Source: Camelus dromedarius | Taxonomy: Eukaryota | Assembly: GCF_036321535.1 (NCBI RefSeq) | Contig: NC_087437.1 | Location: 5,146,001 to 5,210,000 of the forward strand | Reading direction: 5' to 3' | DNA: 64,000 bases | Shown: in pieces, positions 38,193 to 50,336 of the stretch | Numbering within the stretch: the first letter of the stretch is position 1 | Layout of the letters: the number at the start of each line of letters is the position of its first letter | Notes under the pieces: model-generated | Databases searched by the model: none | What the model was told of the DNA's origin: nothing | The model's input: only the letters and a program-made list of their open reading frames with translations | Translations under genes and position numbers: made by a program

Positions 38193-38389
38193 TAAAAGGC
38201 CCAGGCAACCAGAGATCTCTTTTCATAAAATACCAGGACTCCTGGCATGCTTGCTTGGCTCCAGTCTTGCATTTCAAAGCATCAAGGTCCGTCTGCAGCC
38301 CGAGTCCACGCTCTGGGCCACTGGAGCTCCCCTACCAGTCATTCCCCCGAGGCGCTCAGGGTTCTAACTTCACCCTGTTCTCTCTCCAG

Positions 38390-38507
38390 GAGCCCGGTAG
38401 TACCTGGCGGGGTGGTGGCGGTGGACAGACACTACTTTCAAAACACTGGAGCGTACGACCCACTCATGTCACTGCGGGGTGGAGAGAACCTCGAACTGTC
38501 TCTCAAG
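38390..38507 (+). CDS. GALNT15: GALNT15 coding exon 5 (Gal/GalNAc-T motif)
   Basis: ctctccag|G acceptor. SPVVPGGVVAVDRHYFQNTGAYDPLMSLRGGENLELSLK. Donor AAG|gtatgt; 118 nt. Confidence 0.96.
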
Positions 38508-39827
38508 GTATGTCCTGCACCAAGGGAGGCCCAGGTAGTTCTCTGGAGCCGTGTGTGTGGCCACAGCTTGGAGATTTCAGGCAGATTACAAAGTCACTCC
38601 ACATGGTCTGTCAGAGCCCTCATTTCTCCTTTTCCATCTTTCTTGATTTCACTCCAACCTCCTTCCTGAACTCACCTGCCAGGCCTGCCCCTAGGAAAGG
38701 GCGTGCCATCAGGCACCTCCACCTGAGTGCAGAGCATCGGAACAGTCTCCACTCCCGGCACCTCGGCCCCTCGGCACCTCAGAGCTCATCACAGCACCCT
38801 CCGGCCAACACAGATACCAAGCAGTGCTGGGTTTCGCATAGTTTGGTCCAAACAACTTAACAAGTATTTGTCCTAACAGCTTAGCGCTCACTGGGCACCA
38901 CACAATTTCCCAAACCTTGAAATCAGATTGGACCCACCACCCTCATTTTCTCTTCCACATTGACTTTCAGCCTGAGACATGCTTTTTCATCACAGCATAA
39001 ACATACATCATTAAAAGCGCCACCATCTAAGATTGAAAGCGTGGATCACCCTGAGCTTGTAGTCTGCAGAACATCCAACAGATGTCACAGTGTTTCTCTT
39101 GACCACTGAAAATCTCCTCTTTGGGTTTGCTGCGGCACCCTGGGGTGCCTTGGCACACAGTTTGGGAACTCCCCTGCTTTCGGTTCTTGGTGTGTTTTGG
39201 CTCACAGGCTGCCTATCCTAGGCGTGTTTTCACTATCATCTTTATCCCCACGTGTGGAACGAAAGGCCTTCCTGTCAAATGAATGTCAGGCATTCGGGAG
39301 TAGGAGGGAGTGAGTGGAAGGCAGAGAGAAGCTTCCAGAAGCAGAAAGACTGTGTTTAAGGAAAGCTGGCTTTGATCTCCACACAAATGGCTTCTGCTAC
39401 CTTGGCAGCAGGAGACCTCACGAGCTTGTAGACACGCCCTGGCCACTCGGGACGCCCTTTTCCCTGAGGAAGCACCTGCAGGGGCTCGCAGTGCTGGCAG
39501 CCCAGCCACGTCTCTTAGGTGCCGAAGCTGGGCACGCGTTTCGGGGGTGGGGGGCACGTTCAGGTGGTAGCAGGGCTGTGCCCCTCGCCCCGCGGGCTCC
39601 GAACCGGGACACCCGCCCTCCTTCTCCCCACCTTGTCACCCCCTGCCCAGGGCCCTCGGGTCTGGGAGCTGTGCTCCACCCTGGGGACCAGAACTTTCTT
39701 CGCCGTCGTATACTCCTGAGTTCCTGGGCATTTTGCTGGCCGCCCCCCACCCCCATCCCTGGGGTCCCTTACTTCCCGCCTCCTTGGAGAGGAGGACAGA
39801 GGTGTCTGTTTCCTCCTTTCGCGGCAG

Positions 39828-40022
39828 GCCTGGCTCTGTGGGGGCTCCGTGGAAATCCTTCCCTGTTCTCGGGTGGGACACGTCTACCGGAGTCAGGAAG
39901 CCCGCTCCCCCCACGACCGGGAGGCCTTCCTGCAGAACAAGGTGCGCATCGCTGAGACCTGGCTGGGCTCGTTCAGAGAAACCTTCTACAGGCACAGCCC
40001 AGAGGCCTTCTCCCTGAGCCAG
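39828..40022 (+). CDS. GALNT15: GALNT15 coding exon 6
   Basis: gcggcag|GCC acceptor. [23 protein letters not shown]...[26 protein letters not shown] contains the PCSRVGH motif. Donor CAG|gtaagg; 195 nt. Confidence 0.96.
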
Positions 40023-40388
40023 GTAAGGGCTTCTGTGCCCACACAGGGCCCCCAGCTGCAGGCTGGGCCGGGGCACCTCCCCTCCCTCCTTGAAGGGAAA
40101 ATAGAAGCTTCCAGCTTGTGCTTCCCCCATACGCAGGGCCTCTCCCTGGCGGATCGGCCTCTGTCTCTCCCAGCATCTACCAGGGGCATCACGACTGGTC
40201 TTGGCCTGGAACCCCCGATATCTGTGGGATGACATCTGAGGGGTGCAATCCTTCATCGTGTGGCCAGAGGAGAGACTGGGTGGGGAGTAAACGCTGAGAC
40301 AGAAGGCCCCTTCATCCTGGGAAAAGTTCTCAAGGCTGTGAAATTTCCCAAGATGCAAAACAAATATAAGTACAAAAATGAACACTGT

Positions 40389-40640
40389 GGGTGGGTGTAG
40401 CTTAGTGGTAGAGTGTGTGCTTAGCATGCACGAGGTCCTGGGTTCAATCCCCAGTACCCCCATTTAAATAAACAAATAAACCTAATTACCTACCCTAGAC
40501 CTGAAAAAACATGGTTTTAATTTAAAAAATAAAAACAAAAAGTTTTTAAATGAACATAGAAGGATGGGGGATATAGCTCAGTGGTAGAGCACATGCTTGG
40601 CCTGAATGAAGTCCTAGGTTCAATCCAGTGCCTCCAAAAC
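40389..40640 (+). mobile_element. Two tandem Vic-1-like SINEs in intron 6
   Basis: First copy 40389-40547, flanked by AAATGAACA at 40376-40384 and 40548-40556. Second, more diverged head GGGGGATATAGCTCAGTGGTAGAGC at 40566. Confidence 0.85.
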
Positions 40641-40912
40641 TTGAAGGACTCCCCAAGAAAGGCACAGAAAAATAAAAATTTTAAACGTTCCATGAAACGT
40701 TCACCAACAGTGCATTTTCAACTGGTCAGCTACCGCTCAGCTCAGTCCTTATGACAGGACACATGGGTGCTATTTAACGCGGGACATGGTTCACAGTGAT
40801 GTTTGCTGGCCCAGCCCTTCAGCATCCTCCCAGACCCCTCTGTCCGGCACCCCATGTGAATTCTGATGTAAAACCATTGTTCTCACGCTGCCTGTGTCTC
40901 TCTCCTCCCCAG

Positions 40913-41044
40913 GCTGAGAGGCCCGACTGCACTGAGCGCCAGCAGCTGCAGAGGAGGCTGGGCTGTCGCATGTTCCACTGGTTTCTGGCCAATGTGTATC
41001 CTGAGCTGTACCCCTCCGAACGCAGGCCCAGGTTCTCTGGAAAG
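40913..41044 (+). CDS. GALNT15: GALNT15 coding exon 7 (end of catalytic domain and linker), GC donor
   Basis: ctccccag|GCT acceptor. AERPDCTERQQLQRRLGCRMFHWFLANVYPELYPSERRPRFSGK. The frame-preserving donor at the end of homology is AAG|gcaagg; 132 nt. Confidence 0.92.
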
Positions 41045-41425
41045 GCAAGGCATGATGCAGGGAAGAGAAGGAGGAAAGGGAGGGGCTGGGCGGCTTCTCC
41101 AGACACGAGCTGATGTTCAGAGGCTCTTCTGGGACCCTGGCTGGCCAGTCCCAGCTCAGAGGGGGGCCTCTGAGTCTCCTGTGCCTCCCTGAGAGGGTGG
41201 CTGGGCTGCCCCGTAACCCATCCCAGGGCCCCTGACCAGGGCAGGTGCTGCTGCCTCCTTCAGGAGGCCTGTCCCTTAGGATGGGTGGCTTCAGCTTGAC
41301 CTCACTCGTTTTTGTGGCCTGAACACATAGGGAACCTTGAGGGACACTGCAGAGGGAAGAGAGGAACAGAGGGCATCTTTACAGCGGAGGGCGGGGTTCA
41401 CTTCTGTGTGGATGTCCACTTACAG

Positions 41426-41530
41426 CTCCACAACACCGGACTTGGCTTCTGTGCAGACTGCCAGGCTGAAGGGGACCTCCTGGGCAGTGCCGTGATGCTG
41501 GCTCCCTGCAGGGACAGCCAGCAGCAGCAG
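41426..41530 (+). CDS. GALNT15: GALNT15 coding exon 8 (ricin-B lectin alpha repeat)
   Basis: cttacag|CTC acceptor. LHNTGLGFCADCQAEGDLLGSAVMLAPCRDSQQQQ. Donor CAG|gtgggt; 105 nt. Confidence 0.93.
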
Positions 41531-42017
41531 GTGGGTTGTCAGCGTCCTCAGACCTGCAAGGGTTCTGTCCTGGGATGTCTCTCCCTTCCCTTAGGGCCAC
41601 CTCCTTCCAGGGATCCCATGTCCCTTGACAGTGTCTGGTGCCCCACTCTGGTGACCCATTCCCCATCCTGCGCCAGCTGCAAGCACCGACGGGGACCATC
41701 GTCAGAGAGTACCAGCATCTGAGCTCGAGGGAAAGGGCGAGGCTGTTTAGCCAATGCTTTCACCAGATGGATGAGGAAACTGAGGCATAGAGGGTGGCCA
41801 TTCCAGGGGCTGCAAACTCATGTCTCCAGGGTTCTGGCGGGTAAGGGGAATGAGCTCGGTGAGCTGGGTGGAAGCTGTTGTCACTCAGGAGCACCTGCCC
41901 CAGCCTCAGTGAATGTCCTTTGTCTTGGATGAAAGTGGATCTCGTATTATGAGATCATCCAAAAATTTTAAGACACTGGAAATCCAGAGTTTATGGAAAA
42001 GTTCTTTATATATATAT

Positions 42018-42820
42018 ATTTTTTTTTAATTTAAGTATAGTTGATTTACCACGTGTTAGTTTCTGGTGTACAGCATAGTGGTTCAGTTTTATATATATAT
42101 ATATACACACACATACACACACACATATATATACACATATATATGTATATACTTTTTCAGATTCTTTTCCATTATTGGTTATTACAAGGTATTGAATATA
42201 GTTCCCTGTGCTATACAGTAGGTCCTTGTTATTTATCTATTTTATATATAGTAGTATCTGCTAAGTCCAGACTCCTAATTTATCCCACCCCTCTCCCTTT
42301 CCCCTTTGGTAACCGAATGTGCATTTTCTGTTTATGAGTCTGTTTCTATTTTGTAAGTAAGTTCATTTGTGTCATTTTTTTAGATTCCACATGTAAGTGG
42401 TATCACATGATATTTGTCTGAATTATTTCACTTAGAATGATGATCTCCAGTCATCCATGTTGCTGTAAATGGCATTGTTTCATTCTTTTTTATGGCTGAG
42501 TAGTATTCCATTGTGTATATATATGTATATATATAGTATATAGTGTGTGTGTGTATGTATATATGTGTGTGTGTGTGTGTGTATATACATGCACCACATC
42601 TTTATCCAATCATCTGTCAATGGACATTTAAGTTGCTTCCATGTCTTGGCTATTGTAAATAGTGCTGCTATGAATATTGGGGTGCATATATCTTTTCAAA
42701 TTAGACTTTTCTCCAGGATATATGCCCAGGAGTGGGATTGCTGGATCATATGATAACTCTATTTTTAGTATTTTAAGGAATCTCCATACTGCTTTCCATA
42801 GTGGCTGCTCCAAATTACAT
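42018..42820 (-). mobile_element. 5'-truncated L1 3' end in intron 8
   Basis: Minus ORF 42628-42843 [35 protein letters not shown] (L1 ORF2 end). 3'UTR carries (TA/CA)n expansions. Confidence 0.92.
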
Positions 42821-44017
42821 TTGGTGAGATCACTTCTTTTCACAACTTGGATGATGACCTAGAAAGTCTAGCCCACCCCCAAACCTCTCTCCTCTCAGCC
42901 TGTGCATTAAGCTATCCTGTCCCAACGGCCTCTATTACAAACAACAAAAACTAAGTTCCTGGAGATACTGATCAAACAAGCCTGGTGAGGCCCCGAGAGC
43001 CCGGGCGGAAGGCAGAGCCTGTCGTGGAGGGTCTGGAGTCCAGCCCTGCAGGCAGGAGCAGCGAGGCCCTGGGCCTGGAGGACACATGGGGAGGCAGGTG
43101 TTCAGTGTTCATTTGGCGTCTTACTGACTTGCCCTTTACCAGTGTTCCAGGACACACCCATAGCATTCACACCTGGCACCAGAGGAGGGCAGAGAGAAAG
43201 CGCCAAGTGAGGGGGCCGTGGGATGTGGTGGGAACAGCCCACCTTCCAGCTGTGTGACATCAGGCAGGCTTCCTAACCTCTCTGAGTCTCAGTTTCCTCA
43301 TCTGCAACTCGGGATAACAGTCTCCCTTGTGCAAACAGGACACTAGCCTTGGACTTATTCATTTATTTATTTTGATTCTTGGTGAGGAGGCGGGGATTGG
43401 CAAGGACTTCTGTAGCCAGCAAAACCGTGAACCAGCTAAACTGGACGCACCACGTGCTACAGGAAAAATAAGAAGAAACACCCTCTTTTCTGTATCAGTA
43501 ACTAAGTCTCTAACAAAGGGAAATCTCCAGGGGCCGGAAACCGAGCAGCAACTGAAAATAGAGTCGTTAGGTGTGACCAGGCTCTCCGGCAGGGCAGGAG
43601 ACAGACAGTTCCTGTCCAACCTCAGGATCCCAGAGACGTTTCCAGGCGGGACTTAGCACGAAAGCCCACCTTCAGCCTGTGAGAGATGAGGGTCTGGAAA
43701 TGAGAGTCCTGCATAAAGCCAGCTCTGACCTTCCCAGAGTGACCAATCCGTGAACAGTGGGGCCAGGAATATCCACCCACTGCCACAGGAAGATGCCAAG
43801 TAGGCGGGTCTGTCTCTACAGGCCTTTGCCTGGGAGAAAGTTACCCTCCCCTGAAAAATTTTAACCACAAGCTTGCATCTAATATGGGTTTAGGGTTCAA
43901 ATCTGTATGAACTGTGTGGTCTGGCAAGCCTCCAGCAGGAATGCCACCTAATGTATTGGGTCTGTTGCAGATGACAGTGTGAGACCTATCCTTCAACAAT
44001 TACCAAGAATTTCCAGT

Positions 44018-44162
44018 GAGGAGGGTGTAGCTCAATGGTAGAGCACGTGCTTAGCATGCACAAGGTGCTGGGTTCAATCCCCAGGATCTCCATTAAAAAA
44101 TAAATTAAATAAATAAATAAACCTAATTACCTGTGTCCCTCCCCCCAAAAACCAGTCAAACA
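44018..44162 (+). mobile_element. Vic-1-like SINE (long form)
   Basis: GAGGAGGGTGTAGCTCAATGGTAGAGC..GGGTTCAATCCCCAG..aaataaacctaattacc. TSD AAGAATTTC(C/A)AG at 44005-44016 and 44163-44174. Confidence 0.88.
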
Positions 44163-44855
44163 AAGAATTTCAAGACAGCAACAGCATTAAACTGAATATA
44201 TTAAATGGAGAACATTCACCCCTTCTAAGCATAAGGTTCCCAGCAGTTACACAAGTCACATGCCATAAAGCCAGCCCTAGCCGCGAAATTTGTGTAAAAA
44301 TTAGTTCAAGCTGCACTGGTGCAGGACCAAACAGAAAATGATTTTATCAGAATGTGTTCTCCAAACAGGCCCTATGGGCTTCCCGCAGTTAAAGTCCCTC
44401 TGCAGAGGAATGCAAGACCCAATGGGCCGGAACCCTGGAGGAAATAAAAACCGTGAGCGAGAGTCAGCAGGTGAATTACTTACAGAGCCAGGTCAGATGT
44501 CTCCAGAAAGAGTTCAGCTTGGGCCTCAGAGATTTCCTCGTCTGGCCTTCCAGCGGTCCCCTCCAAATAACACAGCATCCTTCGTGGCCTCACCTGTGAC
44601 ACGGTCAATAGGAAATGGAGGAACTTGGCAGCATGCATAACTATGGATGCAGAAGCAGCTGGAATGTGGACATTTCAGAGGCTAGGGCTAGTCTGGGATC
44701 CTGTTTGTGGACTCAGCGGTGAGGTAGGGTCTTACCCCATTAGAGTCTGAAGACAGCCCCTAGACCTCAGCCCTCCCGCGGTGAGCTCCCCTGCCCCCAC
44801 CAGCAGCTCTGGAGACGCTCTCCTTGCTGCGCTAACCGCCCTTCCCTCTGTCCAG

Positions 44856-44999
44856 CACCTGGAGCACACGGGCAGGAAGGAGATCCACTTTGGCAGCCCA
44901 CGGCACCTGTGCTTCGACGTCAGGCAAGAGCAAGTGATTCTTCAGAACTGCACCGAGGAAGGCCCTGGCATCCATCAGCAGCACTGGGACCACCAGGAG
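44856..44999 (+). CDS. GALNT15: GALNT15 coding exon 9 (lectin beta repeat)
   Basis: ctgtccag|CAC acceptor. HLEHTGRKEIHFGSPRHLCFDVRQEQVILQNCTEEGPGIHQQHWDHQE. Donor GAG|gtaagc; 144 nt. Confidence 0.95.
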
Positions 45000-46064
45000 G
45001 TAAGCAGTCCGGTCCGGGAGGGCTCTGCCGTGCTGCTGGCTCTTCCAAGAGTCAATTATTACTGTACAAGCCTGTGTCCCTGTTGTCAGTCCAACTTAGT
45101 GGCAGGACACTGAGGCCTTAGAGGGAAAGCCAACCTTGCAGCAGAGTTTTCCGCCAGCATCTTGAAATGTTCTAATTTGCCAGGTTTCTGTGGAGCTCTG
45201 ATCATGAGCACAGCAGAGAGAGGATCTGGCCCCTTTTGAAAGTTGATTAGCTCAGGTCACAAGTAGGACAGTGGAGCGTGTTACAGAAGCGGTCACTCAC
45301 ACTGGTGGTGTGGCCTTAGGGGCAACAGAAAGGCCCACCTCCCATTCCACCATCAAATAGATGTGGAGGTGGATGGTACATGCTTCCTTTGCAAATTCCA
45401 CTGTGAGTGTTTCATCATTTTGGTAAGACTTTGATTCCCATTAGCCTAGAGAGAACCTCTGGGTCCTTTCCAGAGATTGTGTGTCAATGATGAGAAAGCA
45501 GGAGGTGTGTTAAGTACCTAGGGAGAGTGAGCGGGCTACAGGAGTGGGACTGGAAGGTCCACACATGGTTTTGCCTTCACCTCAAAGCCCTTCCTAAATG
45601 AGCTAGGGTATAAGTATACAAACAAACAAATTTACACACATCTTTTAAAAATTTCTTTTCTTCAGCTTTTGCTTGAGAATAAAGCAGGGCAAAATAAGCA
45701 GACCTCCACACATGGGTGCTCATAAAGCAGGGCTGTGAAAGAGGGAAATCGTGTAATGCAGAACTTAAGCTGAACTCACCGTAAGCAGCTGAGAACAAAG
45801 CTGTTGGGCTTTGGTGACAAGTGAATCCAGGACTCAGGGGGCCCATACATGCTCAAAGAAGGCTTAGAAACCAAGTTAAAGTCCTTTATGAATGACCACA
45901 AAGGATCATTCTAAGCAAGTCCTCTGGATAAGATAGATTTTGAAATAACATTTTAAAATAGTATGTAAAAAATTAATGACTAAGATACACCTGGCATCTT
46001 TCAGGTATTAACAAAATAAGACTTTAAAAAAGTATTCTCATTCGGTCCTAAAAAGGAGTAAGAT

Positions 46065-46880
46065 ACTGTTCATAGCAGCACTAGTCATGGTAGCCAAGAG
46101 GTGGAAGCAACCCAAGGGTCCAATGATTGATGAATGAATAAACAATACACTACATACACACAATGGAATATTATTCAGCCTTAAAAATAAGGAAATCCTG
46201 TCACTTGCTTCAGTGCGGATGAACCTTGAGGACATAATGCTAAGTGAAATAGCCAGTCACAAAAAGGCACATGATGTATGATTCCACTGACATGAGATCT
46301 CTAAAGTGGTCAGATTCATACAAAGAGAAAATAGAACGGTGGTTACCAGGCATGAGGGTCAGTGGGCGGGAAGGGAAATGGTTGTTTAATGGGTATAGAG
46401 TTTCAGTTTAGAGAGAAGAAAATGTTCTGGAGGTCTGTTTCGCAATGATGTAGAATATACTCAATGCTACTAAATTCCACACTCAAAAATGGTTAAGATG
46501 GAAAGTTTTATGTTTTATATTTTTACCACTGCCAAAGAAAAGAAGGTACAATTTATGCTACAACATGGATGGACCTTGAACCTATCATGCAAAGGGAAAG
46601 AAGCCAGTCATAAAAGGCCACATATTGTGTGATTCCATTTACATGAAATGTCAAGAAGAGACAGATCCATAAACATAGAAAGTGGAAGCGTGATTTCCAG
46701 TGACTGGAAGGAGGGAGGAATGGGAAGTAGCTGCTAATGGTTTCTTTTCACAGTGATGAAATTTTCTGTAGTTAGAGTGGTGATGGTCACACATGCTTTC
46801 TGAATATACAGAAATCCACTGAGTTGTGTACTTTAGTACAGTGACTATCATGGCATGTGAATTATATCCCTAAATAAATG
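46065..46880 (+). mobile_element. Two tandem old L1M (L1MB-like) 3' ends in intron 9
   Basis: tgttcatagcagcact..agccaagaggtggaagcaaccc..gatgaaccttgaggacataatgctaagtgaaat. A second copy starts atgctacaacatggatggaccttgaa near 46555. Confidence 0.8.
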
Positions 46881-47485
46881 AATAGACAGACATCATCAGC
46901 ATTGTTGGTTAAGGTTGTTTAACTTCTCATAAAGAAAATGATTTTTTCTTGAAAAGAAGAAGGCTAGATTCAGTATCACATTTGGTCGATTTTGAGCAGG
47001 AAGTGGCGGTAGTCTTCCAAACATGTGCATCCCCAAGGGCTTACTCGCTACTGCCACCTGGTGGTGGCAATACTAAATTGCAGGATTAACAAAGGGCAGA
47101 GATTAAATTCAGTCCTTCAGAAAGCAGAAATTTACAAGTAAGTGGTAACAATCAATGTCACCAATACAGGATAAAGACTGAACATGATCTTTCCACTGGC
47201 ATTTTACTAGTCAGAACTCTCTAAGTAATGGCATCATTACCCAACCACAATAATGATAATTGAGTTAATGATTCCAAGGCTCTGAATGATACCTAAATTT
47301 TAGGACTACCTAAATTGTATTATATATTAACCAAAATACTTCAATTCCTTACCAGGCTAATTGACACCAATTCTATTATTCTCTTAATGATTAGCACAAA
47401 TCTTAGAAATTTCCTTCTTTGCTGACTGATTGCCGGGGACTGACTGGTTTCCTGTTTTTTCCCCCCTTTTCTTCCTTCTTTTCAG

Positions 47486-47632
47486 AATGGAATGATTGTT
47501 CACATTCTTTCTGGGAAATGCATGGAAGCTGTAGTGCAGGAAAACAGTAGAGATCTGTACTTGCGCCAGTGTGACGGAAAAGCCAGCCAGCTGTGGCACT
47601 TTGACAATGTCACCACTGTGGATGAACGATGA
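47486..47632 (+). CDS. GALNT15: GALNT15 last coding exon 10 (lectin gamma repeat, stop)
   Basis: Long polypyrimidine tract then ttttcag|AAT. Translated by hand as NGMIVHILSGKCMEAVVQENSRDLYLRQCDGKASQLWHFDNVTTVDER* (TGA 47630-47632); absent from the ORF track. The ten exons sum to 1917 nt = 638 aa + stop. Confidence 0.95.
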   Translation, partial: NGMIVHILSGKCMEAVVQENSRDLYLRQCDGKASQLWHFDNVTTVDER

Positions 47633-49017
47633 ATGTCAGTGTCACAAAGAAAAGAGAAGCGTGGCTTCTGACCACAGTGTGACCCCAAGGGAACTCCCGG
47701 AGCAGGTGCATTTCATGGAGCAGACCCTTGGTGTCTGTGCAGTGGTGATAGCAGCGACGAAAGCTCCGTGAATGAATATGGGAAGTCTTTCCTTCTTGCA
47801 CCTTCTTTCATTGACCACAGGCTGTTATAGAAAAAGAAAAGGAAATACGAATTCATAGTCACATTGTCTTCATCACTGATAGATGATCATTACATAGTAC
47901 AGAAGATTCTTGTCCTTTTTTTTTTCCATTGAGCACTAAATAATTGCTTTTATCTCTGATTGAGGAAAGAGGACTGGCAACATCTTCAGGATACACAATT
48001 GCAGTCAATCCATTTATTGCAAATGGCCTTACCTCGGACTGTCTGTGTAGCCAACCATGAAAGTTAAAGTGTGAAGAGGGTGTAAAGGCAGGACATCCAA
48101 AAAGCTTTGGATTAGACTCATGAGGACAAATTTCGTGTTCACTGGGTGAGCCGTAGCTCAGAGGAAGGAAGGGAGGCAGGCTACTGAGAGAAAAATAGGG
48201 TTGGAGAGAGTTTTGGCCCAATTCTTTAGCTCAGCCTAGCAGCTGAAAAGAGTCGGTAGACCTGGACTAAGACATTTTCATGTTAATGAGAATTTCCTCT
48301 AAACCTTCTACCTCCGTTCACCCTGCACTAGCTTGATTAACCACAACTGGATTCTCATGCAATATGTGTCTCTCTAGTCGTTGGTGTTGAGTCACCTTAG
48401 ACAGAAAACTCCCATTAACAGAAGCATACACAGTTGAGAAACTCTCCTGATGCCCTGTTACAGGGTTTGCATGGACTGGATAGGAAAGAGCAACCTTTGC
48501 AAAGAGGCAGACATTCCCTGGAACGGAAATGCCAGCATCTGAGCCAGAATTCTCATGAGAGGATCTAGGGTTGGGTGTTAATGTCCATGAGGGCTAAAAG
48601 GGCTGGCTCTGGGCTGTAGGAACTGTCTGGGACCCCCAGATGTGCCCACAGCTGGACGTTCAGCCATGGGAAGCAGACATCCCACCAGGGCAGAGCAGCT
48701 GAATGGCTCTCTTGCTGTGACCTGGCCCACTGAGTTCAGCCATAAGGGCTGCTGAGTGGGGTTGGTTCTTTAATTAAGAAGACATCACGCCCATTTCTCT
48801 TCCAGATGGAGTTCTCTCTCCACATGGTCAGCTTAGAAACCTCCCCTCAAAGATGCTGATCTCCTCTGGGCCGTCTCAGGACACAGTGTATTTCGACTAA
48901 GACACACTAAGTAGGAAGTGAGAATTTCTAAACAATATCTATCATAATTATGTATTCCTTCCCCACCTGCTGAAGTCAATGGTCCACTGTGTTTCTTGTT
49001 CCCCAGAATACACTCTA

Positions 49018-49200
49018 GACCTGTGCTAGGAGCCGCTGGCTGCATGTGGCCATCTAACTGCAAATTCATTAAAGAAAATTTAAGCTCAGTTCCTCAGTTG
49101 TACTGGTCACATTTCAAGAGCTCAAAAGCCACGGAGTTGGAGACCACGAATAACAGAACATTCCATCAATGCAGACAGGTCTACTGGATAGCACTAATCT
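49018..49200. mobile_element. MER3-like hAT fragment inside the probable 3'UTR
   Basis: tcagttcctcagttgtactggtcacatttcaagagctcaaaagccac, the reverse complement of the element at 63604-63989. Confidence 0.6.
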
Positions 49201-49358
49201 AGACAGATTTATCACCCCATTGAGAGAAGAGAATTCAGCCACCATTTTCTTCCTTCAGACTTGTCTATATTCAACACAATTGCCCCTAACATTCTGAGGC
49301 TGAGACAGAGCTAAAAATTCTCTGATGGCAACTTTGTACAGGGTATTAATGGTTGAGA

Positions 49359-49456
49359 AATAAAAATTAAACAAGACCTCTATTTTTACAATGAACTTTG
49401 TCATTGGCATTGTTGGTATTTGAAGTTGCTGGAATAAATTAATATAATTAAATAAA
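49359..49456 (+). terminator. Probable GALNT15 polyadenylation signal cluster (3'UTR about 1.7-1.8 kb)
   Basis: AATAAA at 49359, 49433 and 49451 in an AT-rich stretch, followed by GT-rich sequence (tgtgtaagttgtgtttg). Use of these sites is inferred. Confidence 0.6.
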
Positions 49457-50336
49457 AGGCTGAATTCAATTGTGTAAGTTGTGTTTGACAGTAATTAACA
49501 AAAGGACCCAGATGGCTTATTGCTTAATTGGTTGAACAAAGCAAGAATGTGGTGTTTCCTGCTTCCTTAACCATCCCCATGATTTATTACTTTATTACAC
49601 GAGTGGCTGTCAACTTAGTCCCTGGCTGGTGCTTAAAGACCCTTAATTTAAACAAAACAGATGCCTCCATTGAGTTCTCAAAGAAATTCAACCTTTCCCT
49701 CATAGTAACCCAGTGTTCAAATTCTTTTCTCTGTGGGCTCTGCTCTGATTTTATCCACAATGATCAATTTAAAAATAGAGAAACCTAGCAATCGAAGATT
49801 GGATTCCAAAGAGTTTCCCTTGTCCATCTGAATTTTATGATTGGACTTGGTTGTTTGGGTTTTAAGATTGAATCATCATCACCCCCACCAAGCCCACCAT
49901 CATTATTAAGTATCCCACTGTAGGAACAGAAGGTATTCAGCCAACAGTCTAGAGTCCAACACTCTTTGTGCTCTTCCACAATGAAGGCAGATGTCATCTC
50001 TGGAGGAGCCCTGCTCTATTTCCTCTTGGGTCTCAATGCCATAGATCCCAATGGCCAACTGAGAATCCCAACTCCCACCGACGTCAGATGTTACTCCAGG
50101 TCCCCAAGGATGGTGAGTGGCTGCACCAGAATTTGACAGAATTAGAGATGGTGTTACTGTGCTCACTTTAAGGGGAACCTTGCATCTTCCACTGAAAGGC
50201 CACGAAAAAGCCAGTTGGACACAAAGCAATCTTTGACCGGTCACTAAATCTGGACGTTGGCATGGACCGCCATGATGGGCACAGCTCTACATATTACGTG
50301 CACTGTTTCATGCTTGTTCTTTAAAAGTTCTGTGTT

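Noticed and set aside
37928..38860. 310-aa ORF spanning exon 5
   Set aside because: It is out of frame with GALNT15, runs through MLT1 LTR fragments, starts at a non-ATG codon and has no recognisable domain.
39636..40463. 275-aa minus-strand ORF
   Set aside because: It starts inside a SINE (the GIEPRT..MLS motif recurs in other SINE-derived ORFs) and is the GC-rich antisense of exon 6.
41519..41530. (CAG)4 at the end of exon 8 as a polyQ expansion
   Set aside because: Only four units, and the exon length keeps the expected lectin alignment.
47935..47995. Minus-strand EDVA...IKAI resembling DPH3 (recalled neighbour of GALNT15 in human)
   Set aside because: Very short match, needs a frameshift, lacks the zinc-ribbon cysteines and lies in the GALNT15 3'UTR. 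No DPH3 exon was seen in the window.
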